Source: Camelus dromedarius | Taxonomy: Eukaryota | Assembly (NCBI RefSeq): GCF_036321535.1 | Contig: NC_087436.1 | Span: forward strand, 106,084,001-106,148,000 | DNA length: 64,000 nucleotides | Reading direction: 5' to 3' | In this document: piece by piece, positions 38,546 to 50,200 of the stretch | Numbering within the stretch: the first letter of the stretch is position 1 | Layout of the letters: the number at the start of each line of letters is the position of its first letter | Made by a program: the position numbers and the translations under genes | Notes under the pieces: generated by a model | The model's database searches: none | The model's input: the letters and a program-made list of their open reading frames with translations, nothing else | What the model was told of the DNA's origin: nothing

Positions 38546-40899
38546 TGTGCATTCTTCCTTGTAAGCCATCCAACATGTGTGACCATTCTCTTTGCTGGTC
38601 TGCTTAATACCCAACACTCCCAGAAATTCTCCTGCCTGCTTCACCGTGTACAGCTCAGTGTGAGTGAATATATTTGGCTCAATCATGGAAGGAAAAGAAG
38701 GAAGGCAGCTCAAACTTTTCTTATGACCTGAAGTTTAAGAAGAAGGAACTCTTCATAATTTTATCTAGTCAATGGAAATGCAGAAACTTAATCATCGGAA
38801 TTGTCTAACCGTTCCCTTGGAATTGACCGAGATGTTTGCTGTCAACGATATTTTCCAGAAATTCCATTTCATAATGCAAGTTTGCTTATCTGGTTTCAGG
38901 TTTTGATTTATTCTTTGTTTCCTCTGGCTAGTTGTAGAAAAATTAGAACTCTTTTGTGGCTTTGCAAAAAAAAAAATAACTTACGAGGTTGAAAAACATT
39001 TTTTTTATTGGGAATACATCAAAAATCATCAATAAACCAGGCATAACAATGATATGGTAAATTTGGGAGAAAATTGATTACAGCAGCAATAGCTGATTTA
39101 AACTAATGCCTGGTTGTGTCATTACTCAAACAAACACAGGAGCTACATCAGTTTTAATTTCTGTCTTGTTTAAAAATGAACAAGTTTCTTTTCAGTAAAT
39201 AACTGTTGATGATCTGTATCTTAACATTAAAAAAGGAAAAATTTCCACCATTTTCTGACTCACTGATGTTGTCTGTTCTTCAAGTTTTCAGCACCTCAAA
39301 CCTGTAATTTTCGGAATATGCTTTGTAAAAGCAGAATTAGCAGTATAGGCTTGTGTTTTGTGTTTGTATGGGTCTGGGGAGTGTGTTAGAGAGGTGTGTC
39401 TGTAAGTACTTGTGTGGCTTTTGTCGTTTAACCTAAATGAGATATGCAATTGGAATGTTTTTTTTTTTCGTTCAAAAAGCGTGTATTCAAAAAACGTATT
39501 GCCTCTCAACTTCATTGAGTAACCTCTCTTTAGGTATTAATGGAATGAGTGAATAGAAGCTTCCATTTTGCCTTGTCTGGTATCACTCAAAAGCTGATTT
39601 TATGTTAAATTATATGTAATTGCCTAGCCACAGCAAAATATTAGAAAAAAAAAGTGAAAGCAAGAGTAACCAGCCTCTTTCTACCCACTGTGTCTAGGAA
39701 AGGCCGTTGAGATTCAAAGGAGGTAAACAACTGAGAGATGGGAGGTTTCAGTGTTCTCCCCCCTCCCCCATCACCTCCTTCCCTCCCCCCTGCTTTATGA
39801 AAGTATGTGAAAAATGCAGAAACATTTTTTAGAAGTCAAAAGAAAATATTTAAAAGTTACATAAATTTCTGTCACCTCATTGCAACTACTGTTAGCAGTT
39901 TTTAATCTGGTCTCAGGCTTTTGCCTATAGAAATGTTCAAATAAAAGATTTGAAGTAATATTGCACATACACTTTGGTAGCCTAATTTTTCTTTCATGTG
40001 ACTTAGAGTCATGTGTATTGTGTATATATATATATATTTTTTTTTTTTCCACACAAAATTGTGGACTTCTTAATTAGGGGAAAGCGGTCTGGCCCAGATA
40101 TTTATTCCTATTCTTATGGTTTTGTGATTTGCTTATACCTCCTGTGGTATCTTAACTTGGCTTTTTCACTTGGCCAAATAGCCGTCTGTCTTTTTTAAAT
40201 AAAATTTCTACATCTTTACCAGGGGATGAGTTCAGGCATAAAGGACCCAGGTAGTTTACTGCAATTGACCTCCAAGTTTTGACTCCAGTACGGAAACATT
40301 ATTGCCCTGAGCCCAAAGAATGGAGCTGGAGTTGCCCTGAGCCAAGAGAGAGACTTGGCTGAACTTGGCCTTGCCTCTTTGAAAGCTTGAGTTTTAATCA
40401 TTCAAGATTTCATGCCCCCCAGACCTGCTTTAAATCTCCAATTGTCAAAAGTTTCTGATGTTCAGCTATATGTTGCTCTTATTGAACATGGGTTACTTTA
40501 CACCGAAAATGCATGGTTTCTTAACCGTAGCAACGGACTTTTTAATATGACGTGCGGCAGGAGTCCCAAATATCCTGACACTGACATCAGTGTTTTCTAC
40601 ATGGGGACTGTGTTTAGAGCAAAAACTGTGCCACACACTGATGACGTTTCTGTGAAGAAGAGCCCTGGTAGTTCTTATCCAGGTTGGAAGCGTAGAGTCA
40701 AGACATGTGGGTGCAGATCTACTGTGTAGAGAGGTCAAGGGTGGACATTTTGAACATCACTTTCAAGTTACCTTTTGCTAATTTCACATCATAATTTTTA
40801 TGACAGGTGTCACTTGCTAAATGTCTGTAGGTTATATGAAGTCTCTATCTGTACTCTTGACATCTCTCCTTTTGGTTGGTAGTCTTCCTTCTGGTCTTG

Positions 40900-41225
40900 T
40901 TTTTTTTTTTTTTTTTTTTTTTAATTGAAGTATAGTCGGTTACAATGTGTCAGTTTCTGGTGTACAGCATAATGTCCCAGTCACGCATATATTCATTTTC
41001 ATACTCTTTTTCATTAAAGGTTATTACAAGATACTGAATATAGCTCCCTGAGCTATACAGAAGAAATTTGTTTTTTATTTATTTTTATATATAGTGGTTA
41101 ACATTTGCAAATCTCAAACTCATCTACAAAACAGAAACAGACTGATACACATAGTAAAAAGTTTTATGGTAACCGGGGGAAAGGAGGTGGGAAGGGATAA
41201 ATTTGGGAGTTTGAGATTTGCAAAT
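40900..41225 (-). mobile_element. Short young LINE-1 with 5' inversion (twin-priming structure)
   Basis: Poly-T 40900-40922, antisense L1 3' UTR 40923-41121, then the adjacent L1 segment in opposite orientation 41122-41225; 19-bp overlap present as an inverted repeat; candidate TSD tcttgtt 40895-40901/41225-41231. Confidence 0.92.
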
Positions 41226-41849
41226 CTTGTTGGTTTTTGATCGCCCTGGTGTCTGGTCCCAAAGGAAGTTTTCATGCACTTAAAAGGTACATCTCGAGCT
41301 CTCCCTACATTCTAAGGTACTAGAAATGTGAGGAGGATAACTTAGTACGAGATACGATGATGGGTGGGGACTTGAGATGCTCTGGATCCCATCACTAGGT
41401 GGACCCATGGTCTAACACCATCAAAAAATAAGAGGAAAACATGACATTTATTTCATGGAGCTTTCTGCTGTTAATACTCAGTGTTGAACTTGAGAGGCCC
41501 CTGTGTATGTCTCTGCCAGACCCAGTTTCTCCATGGACAGGATCAGGTAACAAGCTCGTAAGCAACTAATAAGGGCGCGTGGGGTTAAGTGCTGGAAAGG
41601 AGTTGGGAATAAAAGTGCTATTCTGGAAAAGAGGGGCGATGAGTTTGGTGCTCACACCCTGACGTTCACAGCTCTCCTGCCAGCTCTCATTCTCCACTGT
41701 CATCTTTCAGGATGCTGAGGGGTCTGTGGAGGTGGGAAGGAATAGTTTCCCGGAAAATTATCCTAGGAAGGGGGTTCACTGAGGAATATAGCCTTCTCTG
41801 TCCTCTTGCCCTTCAGTCCTGCCTTCCTCCTTCCCTCCCTTCCATCCCT

Positions 41850-41965
41850 CCTGTCATTTATTATTTAATTTATTCAACAAACATTTCTTAAGCAGCCTCT
41901 GTTTACCAGGATGAGGAATATAGACAAGATTCTCACCCTCTAAAAGCTTGGATTGCAGTGGGTCG
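41850..41965 (-). mobile_element. L2 3' end
   Basis: ttattcaacaaacatttcttaagcagcctctgtttaccagg...agacaagattctcaccctctaaaagctt. Confidence 0.65.
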
Positions 41966-43744
41966 GCCTACGGCACTGATTAGAGGACCAGATTCCAGTG
42001 CTCAGTAGACAGACGTATTCGCTGCTGTCAAACCAGGCTGTCTTAGCAGAAAAGCTCCTTTTGGCTCCGTTAGTCCTTTAACTCTTTGCTGGCCCTGTGT
42101 GGGTTTTACTGACATCACACTGTGCTCATGGAAGGTCCTCATTAAATACTTGTTGATCAGGATGTGGCTGATTCTGCCAGTTTCCTAATCATATTCCACT
42201 TTTTTTCCCTTTAAAATTTGGTTTTCTACCTCTTTGACTTATTTTCAGGCAGAGTCTCCACGAGAGTTGACTCAGTGAGGGTTTCAATCCTACATCTAGA
42301 GTAAGCAGATCCCTAAAACATTTATTTTTAGAGCTCACGCTCTGCTCCAGCCACTTAATTTCACAGTAACAACGAACAATACATTTTTCCAAAGAACACT
42401 TCAAAGCGCCTGTAGGCGTAGAGTCAAGTTCATTGAGTTCAAGTCATCCAGAATTTAACCCTCTCCTAAATCAGTACTTTGGCTCATTCCTTTTCCTTCA
42501 AAGAGCTCAGAGCTACTTGCCCTCTCTATCTCCTTGGTCCTCACTTTGTCCATCAGACGTTCACATCGGGGCTTCGTCATGGCCTCGCCCCCTGGGAGTC
42601 TGCAGGCGAAAAGATTTTCATATTCAAAGATGTTTTATGCTTTTGTGCCAAGCTTGTAAATACTTCTTTATTCTCTCTCTCTTTTCTCTTTTCTTTTTTC
42701 TCGTCTATCTTTCTCTTTAGTTACTCCCTCTGTCACTTTCTTTGAACAGTTCATTATTTCTGTATTGAAAGGATGACTCTCCAGTACTGTCTAGTCTTAG
42801 TGGAAAACAGCCACAGGAGGGGTTTCTGTGCTTCCAGACGGCTGGAGATGTGTCACCTTCCATCATGAAGCCTTCTCGTGCGTGGACCTCAGGTTGGATT
42901 CTCAAAGCCGTGCCCTGTTCAACTGGTAATTGTTCGTTTTCAGAGCTGCCTCTGTGGTTACGGATCCCCAGTCTCTCTTGTAAGTGCTTTCTAGGGCCAC
43001 AAACCTTGTTTGGAGAGAGAACTTTTTCCTGGCGACGGGGGCAGACACCTCCTCGGCCTCCTCCCTGCTGATTTGATGACTTGGCCTCTCAAAAGGTCAT
43101 GCACACGGTGGATTCTGTAAAGCTTGTTTATCTGGGAAAGGGCTTTCGAAGGGAGATTGAATCCCTGTTGTCAATGACTCTTTTCTGAAACAGGGCCAGG
43201 GAGATAAGGAGAGTTCATGTTGCCAGGTAATGACCTTGCCTGGACCCACTTGAGAGAGGAGCCTGGCAGGCGTCTTGTTTGGAGGGGCCTGGTGGAAGGA
43301 TGAATAGGCTGACCCTCTGCTGGGGTTGAGGATGGGGCCTGTGTCCTCTCTGCCCCTAGAAGGCCAAGGAGGAAGAGAGCTGACTCACAGGGACAGTTTT
43401 CCAACTTTCTGGCACAGTGCTTTGGTTTATTCAAGTTGTTGGAATCACTGAATATTTATTAAAGTGTCTGAAATGCACGAGATGCCAGTTGTCAGCTTTC
43501 ACCCCGCACACTCCACTCATCAGAAGGCTAGAGACAGTGGGAGCACCAAGGTCACAAATGTTCTCAGTTTATGAGCGTCTCTTGAGTACCTGCACATGCC
43601 TGGCTCTGTGTTATGGTCACTGGAACCACAACAACAAAAATACATGACTTACTCTCGCTCCCGACTGTTCTTTGAATCATACCGGGGCCTGAGACAGAGA
43701 TATATGAAGCAGCTAGAAAACAGTGCCTGGTTGTGCAGAATTGA

Positions 43745-44110
43745 GCTTCACAAGGAAATTAATTGCAGCATTCTTTAAAATTGCAATGAAATTAGAAACA
43801 CTTGTGATGTCCATCGGGACAGGAATGCTTACCAAAAGTGATTCTGTAACCATACTGTAGAATATGCTGTACCTGTTTAAATGAAGGCTACAAATAAAAC
43901 TATTAGCAATGACATTGAACAATTGCCAAGACTATTGTCAAGTGAAAAAAAAAGCATTTTCCTTGCATGATAAGCCATTATGTTACAAACATATACGTTT
44001 GTGAACGTGGATAAATGCATTGAAGAGAGACTTCCATACTATTTACATGTGGACTTCTGTTTTTCTGTTTCAGAAGGATAATGTATTTATGTATTACTTT
44101 TATAATTTAA
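43745..44110 (+). mobile_element. Ancient L1ME-like ORF2 end/3' UTR
   Basis: cacaaggaaattaattgcagcattctttaaaattgcaatgaaattagaaacacttgtgatgtccatc...ccatactgtagaatatgctgtacctgtttaaa...ccaagactattgtcaagtgaaaaaa. Confidence 0.7.
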
Positions 44111-44899
44111 AAAGTCAATAAGGAAGTAAGTGCTGGATTATACGAGATCAGAAGGGAGCAGGGACAGAGTGAGTACTCTCTCCTTCCTGACTCTGGATTT
44201 TAAGCCACTGTCTTAGTTGAGCAAAAGACCGGGGGCCTGGCTAGAGTTGCTTTTTCTCAGTCCCAGGCCTGGGGAGTAGCTGCAATAATCAATATGACTT
44301 TAAAAATGGCTGAGTCTGCTTGTGAACGACATGCAGGTGGAAGGAGCTACCATTTGTCTTCATTTTCTCCTGGCCAGTGTGTTTGTGTTGATGGGGGTGA
44401 GGGTTAGGAATGTAACTTTTGACTCCTTGTCCTAAGAAAAGTCATAAACTGAGTGTGTAAGGTCCTTTCCTGTCATTGCTTTTTTAGATCTTGACAACTG
44501 CCAAGATAGGATGCTCCAACTGTATTTCACACTGATACCAGCCATATACTAATAAAAAAATTAAAGTGCATTATGGGGATGTGGTTTTCTAACATACAAT
44601 TTCTATATACTTATGTGTTTGGGAGCTATTTGAACGTATATGTCCTTTGACCCTTGATAGATTGTATGTGCATTGAAGTTGGGGATTTTGACTTTTGCGC
44701 ACATAGGAATCCTCTCCAGTTATGCAGAATGGTAGCTTTTAAAATAATGGACACTTAATAAATGCTTGTTGATGGATTGAATGATTGAATGAATGAGTAG
44801 AGCAAACAGTCCCTGACTTTTTGTTTGAATATAGAAAACAGAGTCAACTCAATAGCAGTGAAGCCATGGACTGAAAACTGTATGAGTCTATCTTTCAAG

Positions 44900-45705
44900 T
44901 GAATTTCCTTTGGCCATTTAAGAAAATACAAAATCTTTCTGAAGAGTAAGAAAAGCGCAGAGACAAATATAACAAATGCCTAAAAACACCCGTGTGTCCA
45001 ACATCCATATTTAACAAATACTCACAGTTTGGCACACTTACAGCAATTTTTTTTTTTTTTTTTTTTTGCTTAAAAAATAACACATTTCAGATACTTTAAA
45101 TCTCCCTTTGCCCGCTTTCTAGTCCCGTTAGCCTCTCTCGCATCTCACGGGTCCCCACTAGTCCATGGAGTCTGTACCTGGTTTTACCTTTATTATATAA
45201 TCATATGGTCCACACACAGTCAGGGTTCCCTGAGTTGTAAGATTTACATAATAGTATCATGATGCAAGTACCCTTCTGTGACTTGCTTTCTTTTCTCAAT
45301 ATTACAGCAGAGATTTCTCTGTGTGAATGATGTAGGTCTCCTTCATTCATTTAAACTCCTCTAGACATAAATTTCATGATTTATTTATTGCTTATGCATA
45401 GGTATCACTTCCCCGATGGGTGGAGACCTAGATGTCCCCCCCATTTTTTCACAATTATCAAAAGGGCTGTTCATGACATCCTCAAGGATGTCTTTCCCTT
45501 TGCTTGTGAGAGCGTCTCTCTCGGGCACGTACCCAGGAGTGAAATGGTTCAACTGTGGGGGAATTACATTTTTAGCTTTACTAGATATCAATAAATTATC
45601 CTTCAAAAAGGTGGTACTGACTGGCAGCCCCACCAGCAGCGTCAGAGAATGCCTGCTTCTGTACCTTTCCACCCACACCTGGTATCAGAGTCTTTCACTT
45701 TAGAT
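44900..45705 (-). mobile_element. Ancient L1M (L1MC/L1ME-like) 3' portion
   Basis: cccttctgtgacttgctttc...ttcattcatttaaact...ttttttcacaattatcaaaagggctgttcatgacatcct...tacccaggagtgaaatgg...cttcaaaaaggtggtactga...cccaccagcagc. Confidence 0.75.
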
Positions 45706-45829
45706 TTTTTTAAGGGAATTTATTGGCTGATGAAGGCTACGCTGCAGAGTTCAGCCCCCGCCAACGTGCTCCGTGCTCCAGATGGGTGTAACGTCACACG
45801 CTATCTGATCGTGGCAAAAGCCACCCCCT

Positions 45830-46080
45830 TTGCCAGGAATGCATTTATTGCCCTTGAGTGGCAAACTCTTACTCATTCTTCAAGTCCCAGTGGAAATGTC
45901 CCTGCCTCGGTGGCACTTTCTCTAATTCCCCCGGATCATTTGTTGTTCCTTTTCCTTGTGCTCATGGCTCTCTGTATAGACCTCACTTGTCGCCCTTGTG
46001 ATGTTATATTATTACTACTTTCTGTGGCTATTTCCACCCGTGGATTGTGAGATTTTCCAGGCCAGGGATTTTCCAGGTGG
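45830..46080 (+). mobile_element. L2 fragment
   Basis: ggcaaactcttactcattcttcaagtcccag...aaatgtccctgcctcggtggcactttctcta...tggattgtgagattttccaggccaggga. Confidence 0.65.
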
Positions 46081-46324
46081 GCAGCTCCGTTCATGAGCAT
46101 ATCTTGAGAACCCTGGCCTCTGCTAGGTTCTGCAGAACCACAACAACAACATGGTACAGTCTCTCCTTCCTGAGTGTGGTTTGAATCACATGGGGACCCC
46201 AGGCAGAGATTTAGGAAGCAGCTGGGAAACAGTGACCAGCTGTGTATAACTGAGCTCCTGTCACTTCTGACACCCTAACACTTAGCCCAGGTACAGCCCA
46301 GTCCATGGTTATTACAAAAATATC

Positions 46325-47210
46325 TGAACAAATACATTAATAAAGGAATTTATCTAATCAAGCCTGCCCAGCCCTTGTCTAGGTGTTGAAGACGTAGCAG
46401 AGAACCAACCTGCCAGCTCTCTGTTCTCCTAGAGCTTACGTGCGTGTGTTTTTGGGGATGGGAGTGGAGAAGGAAAAGGGAGAGATGATCAATGAGTCAG
46501 CCAGTCACCGTATACTACGTCAGGGGTGAACAGGAAGAGGCATCCTAAGAAGGCGAGAGGGGCGGAGCGGAGGCCGACGTGGTCCCGCATCACGCCCCTT
46601 CAGCCCCTCTCTGACCTTGGCTGCCGGTGGGGAAGGTGCCTTTGCCTACAGCAACTGCCCACCTGCGGCACTTCCTCCAAAGCTGAGGAGCTGGCTCATC
46701 CTGGGCAGGGAGCAGCCTTCTCTCTGGCAGGACTGAGTTCCAGTTACCTGCAGTGGTCACCAGCTCCATCTTCGTCTGCCGTTGGCTTTCTCTCCCGCCC
46801 CACCTCACACCAGCTCCCTGAAATCACTGTTCAAATAAACATTCTGCTCACAGAACCCAAACTAAGAGGATTCTAGAGGAGCTGCCAGTCAAGAAAGGAG
46901 AGGTCTCTGAATGGGGGACCTGTGTGTAAAGAGACTATGCTTGGACTCCTGGAGGAAGGGTGTCTTAGCAGAAGGAACGGCACATCTAACCCCAGCCCTA
47001 ACCTTGCAGTGAGCATGTGCTTGGCGTCACTGAGGAACAGCTAAGAGAAATGGCTGGAGCAGAAGTGAGTGAGGGAGGAGCAGGAGATGATATCAGAGTA
47101 GGAGTGGGGACCCTGTGGGCCAAGGGAAGGGATTTATAATTCATTCCAGATGAATGAATTGGAATGGCTTTGATCAGAGGAGAGGCTGGATGCAGCTGAG
47201 GCTTTAAATG
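46325..47210 (-). mobile_element. L2 LINE split by an LTR
   Basis: ccagcccttgtctaggtgttgaagacgtagcagagaac...ctctgttctcctagagcttac, resuming after ~46900 as ttagcagaaggaacggcacat...gagcatgtgcttggcgtcactgaggaacagc...tggctggagcag. Confidence 0.65.
46563..46868 (+). mobile_element. LTR16/LTR33-like ERVL LTR relic nested in L2
   Basis: 5' gcggaggccgacgtggtcccgcatcacgccccttca; 3' ccctgaaatcactgttcaaataaacattctgctcacagaacccaaactaaga matches the typical LTR16-class end (aataaa...gaacccaaactaagaca). Confidence 0.6.
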
Positions 47211-50200
47211 AATGAATGTGTGTATGCATGTGTACTTCCTACTGAAACAGACCTAGTAAGTAATTTTATTGTTTAGAGATCCCAACTCATGCAGGTCTGA
47301 GGGGCAACTGTATTTCATAAGACAGCGTTGAATCACAACCAGCTATTCTAGTGGGGACCAATTGGATTCCACGCTTAGAGAGTCCCGAAATGAGCCGCTG
47401 TCAAAAGTTGCTTGGCCTTGGTAAACCCGTGCAGGAGGGAGACAGTAGGGAGGGAGGAAAAAGGAATCTGAGGCTGTTTATTTCCCTGAGCACTGAAGGG
47501 ATTTTTGAACATGATGTTTGAGGCTGCACAAAGGTTGCAGACTCCTTGTTCCTTTGTGATGGGGGTGGGTTTAAGTCAGAATGTCCGCTGCTTAGCAACG
47601 TTTTCTAGCAGGTGAGCTCCAAGTAAAGGTAAGCTTCCTTCACAAAGCCCAGCTCCACCGCCAGGGAGAAGTTAGCTGATTCATCAGGTTTGTGAGAAAC
47701 TGCTCCCTGGCAGCTTGCTTACTTCTGCGTTTCCCATGGCAAAGCCGTGCCTGGTAGTTGGGGTCTATGGCAGTTTCTCCTCTGCAAGGTGGCACCTTCC
47801 TGCTGCAATGCTGGGATCTTTGACAGAGGTGTTTATGGAATTTATTTACTGCTTTGTTGAAAAAATGAGCACCCCGCTCGGATCTCGGAATGAGATAACT
47901 CAGAGAAACGATCTCTCTTCCTCTTTAAGTCATAAGAGCGAAGGGGCTAGCGGTGTAGGAAGGCAGCAAGGCTGAGTGTGGAATTACTCAGGCCAAGTGG
48001 TCAAGATGTGGGCACCAAGCGAGGACCCAGAGGAAGGAAGATGACAGAAGTTCTAAGGAGAGAAGTGCCCCCCTTCCCTTGGGGAAACTCCAGGATGAAT
48101 AATCCCACCCTAATCTGACTCTCTCTCTGGCCTCCTGTTCATTTGCTCTGCGTGCATAAAATTTATCATCACCGGCGTAGCTGGAAAATGGAGGTCAAAT
48201 TTCATTTTGGCCTGCAACGCGATAAAAATGACCTGCAAAAGGTAGATGACAGGTTGTTATTTTATGCCCCAGAAAATAGCAAAGATCAGATAGTACCTTC
48301 TCTGTGTTCTCCTTTTTTTTTTTTCCCCTTGGATGGCTGAGACTAGCTTTCCTTAGCAATGCATCATCAATGCACCTCCTGATTTGTTAGAAGGGTGGTC
48401 AAGGTTTAAAAGAAGAACGATCTATTTCTAACTGGCAATTTCAATCAGTCCAGGTTGACTAGGCACCTTGTGCTGTGTGAGTTCTTTACGGAACCACTGA
48501 CAAGTCATAAAAATATCCAGAGCACAAGCGTGACATTCAAACACACTGTCTCTTCTGCTTATAGTTCATTGACTCCCAGAAGTCATCTATTTATAGCAAT
48601 TAATGATTTCTAAGCAATTAGATCCCCCTGTTTCAACAACTATCATGTTGTAGGCTAAATCCTTCCCCACAGAAATGTGTGTGGTAGGCAGTTTCAGATA
48701 TGAGAATTGAGGCCAAAGTTGGCTTGCATGAGGCAGGGGAAGAAATCTTTTCCATTTGAGGTGGGTAGGCTTCACAGCAAATAAGGACTCTCAGGAATTG
48801 TCCCTACAACAGGAATTTTTTAAACTTACAAAGTGCTTATCCTCCATGTCGCCAGGCTTCCAGGGATGAGAGTGGTAGCACCTGCCTGTCACTTTTCCAG
48901 GGGACGATCTGGCTACTGCATGCAGCCTTCTCCACTGGAGGTCCTTCATGAGTCAGTCCTACTTCTGCTCTGCTTTGCTTTGTAAAGATCATTGCAAGGG
49001 CTTATCTTGGGTAATTGTTATTACTACCATCTGCATTACGGTATAATTACCTTTCGAAAATGCTAGATCTCTTTAGCTGATGTTTAAAGATAAGTAATAG
49101 CCAAATAATTGCAAAGCCTTTGGATACAGAGCAGGCGCTCTGCAATAAAAGGTGGGCTATGTTTACAGCATGTGCTTCTTTCTCCTGTGTTTTTTTTTTT
49201 TTCCTTCTTTCTCTGGGAGCAGTAGAGGGGTGACTGATTTTCCTCCCTAGCTCTCTCTTTCTTTTCACACAGACTGATGACTCGGTCAATGTTGTAGAAT
49301 TTATCCTTACTCCAATCTGATATCTGTCCTACACAACCAGCCGGATGTGGATTGTGGCATTCAATAAAGTTAATTTTCGAGAATCAGAAGTTACGATGGG
49401 TAAATTCTTTCAATGTTCCTGAGTCCCGAAAGTGACAGAGCAGATGAGACGAATTAGAGACAAGAAGTCCCCTGCCTCACTGGGATCAGTCAGGCAGATC
49501 TGATGTCGTCTCATCCTGACTCCTCCACTTTCAAATAAAAGATTGGAACTTCTTTCTTTGTGATCCTTGATGCTCTGAAGTTTGGGCTACAGTTGGTGAT
49601 AAAACCTCGAGTGTATTTCTTTATTAGCATGATCAATCTGCACAACCTTAGCTGCATGTGGACCTGGAACTTTTGCTGTAAATCCTAGAGTATCTAAGAC
49701 ACAAAACAATGGATGGTGAGGCATGAAAAGCAGAGAATGGGGAAAATGAAGAAAATGGGGAGAGAAATATGGATTGATAAAGCAGAGAAGAAAAGTGTGA
49801 TAATATCGTGGTGGTTTGCATAAGGAACAGTACTGAATTTTAAATTCAATTGCCATTTTAAATCCTGTTTGCTGTTTGGCATTCCCATTTTTTCTGGAAA
49901 TTCATTTAATGAAGCAAATCTGGCCCAAATATTTACCTTCCTAAATTCTTAAACAAGCAAGGCAGATGAATTACTTTGAGCTATGTGGATTCAAGGAGTA
50001 GGTACCATTTGCCCACAAAATTGGGGGTAAGTACCAGCTTGTAAAATACCATCAGTCCCCTAAACTCACCTGTTAAAAGCCAGGATTTATACTGGGCAAA
50101 CCTGGAAGGATGCTCGTTTTTAAATCTCAACGGCTAGTCATATTCTCCACTCTAGTGGAGAAAATACACTGGAAAAGATTTTGATGGGTTGGTATTTGTT

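Noticed and set aside
39756..39790. C-rich tract (minus-strand G4) and the polypyrimidine tracts at ~5190, 23165, 57000 and 58130
   Set aside because: Common low-complexity features in mammalian introns with no evidence of function.
46051..46077. Direct repeat gattttccagg twice, creating GGGATTTTCC (NF-kB-like)
   Set aside because: A small local duplication inside an L2 relic with a single motif and no other support.
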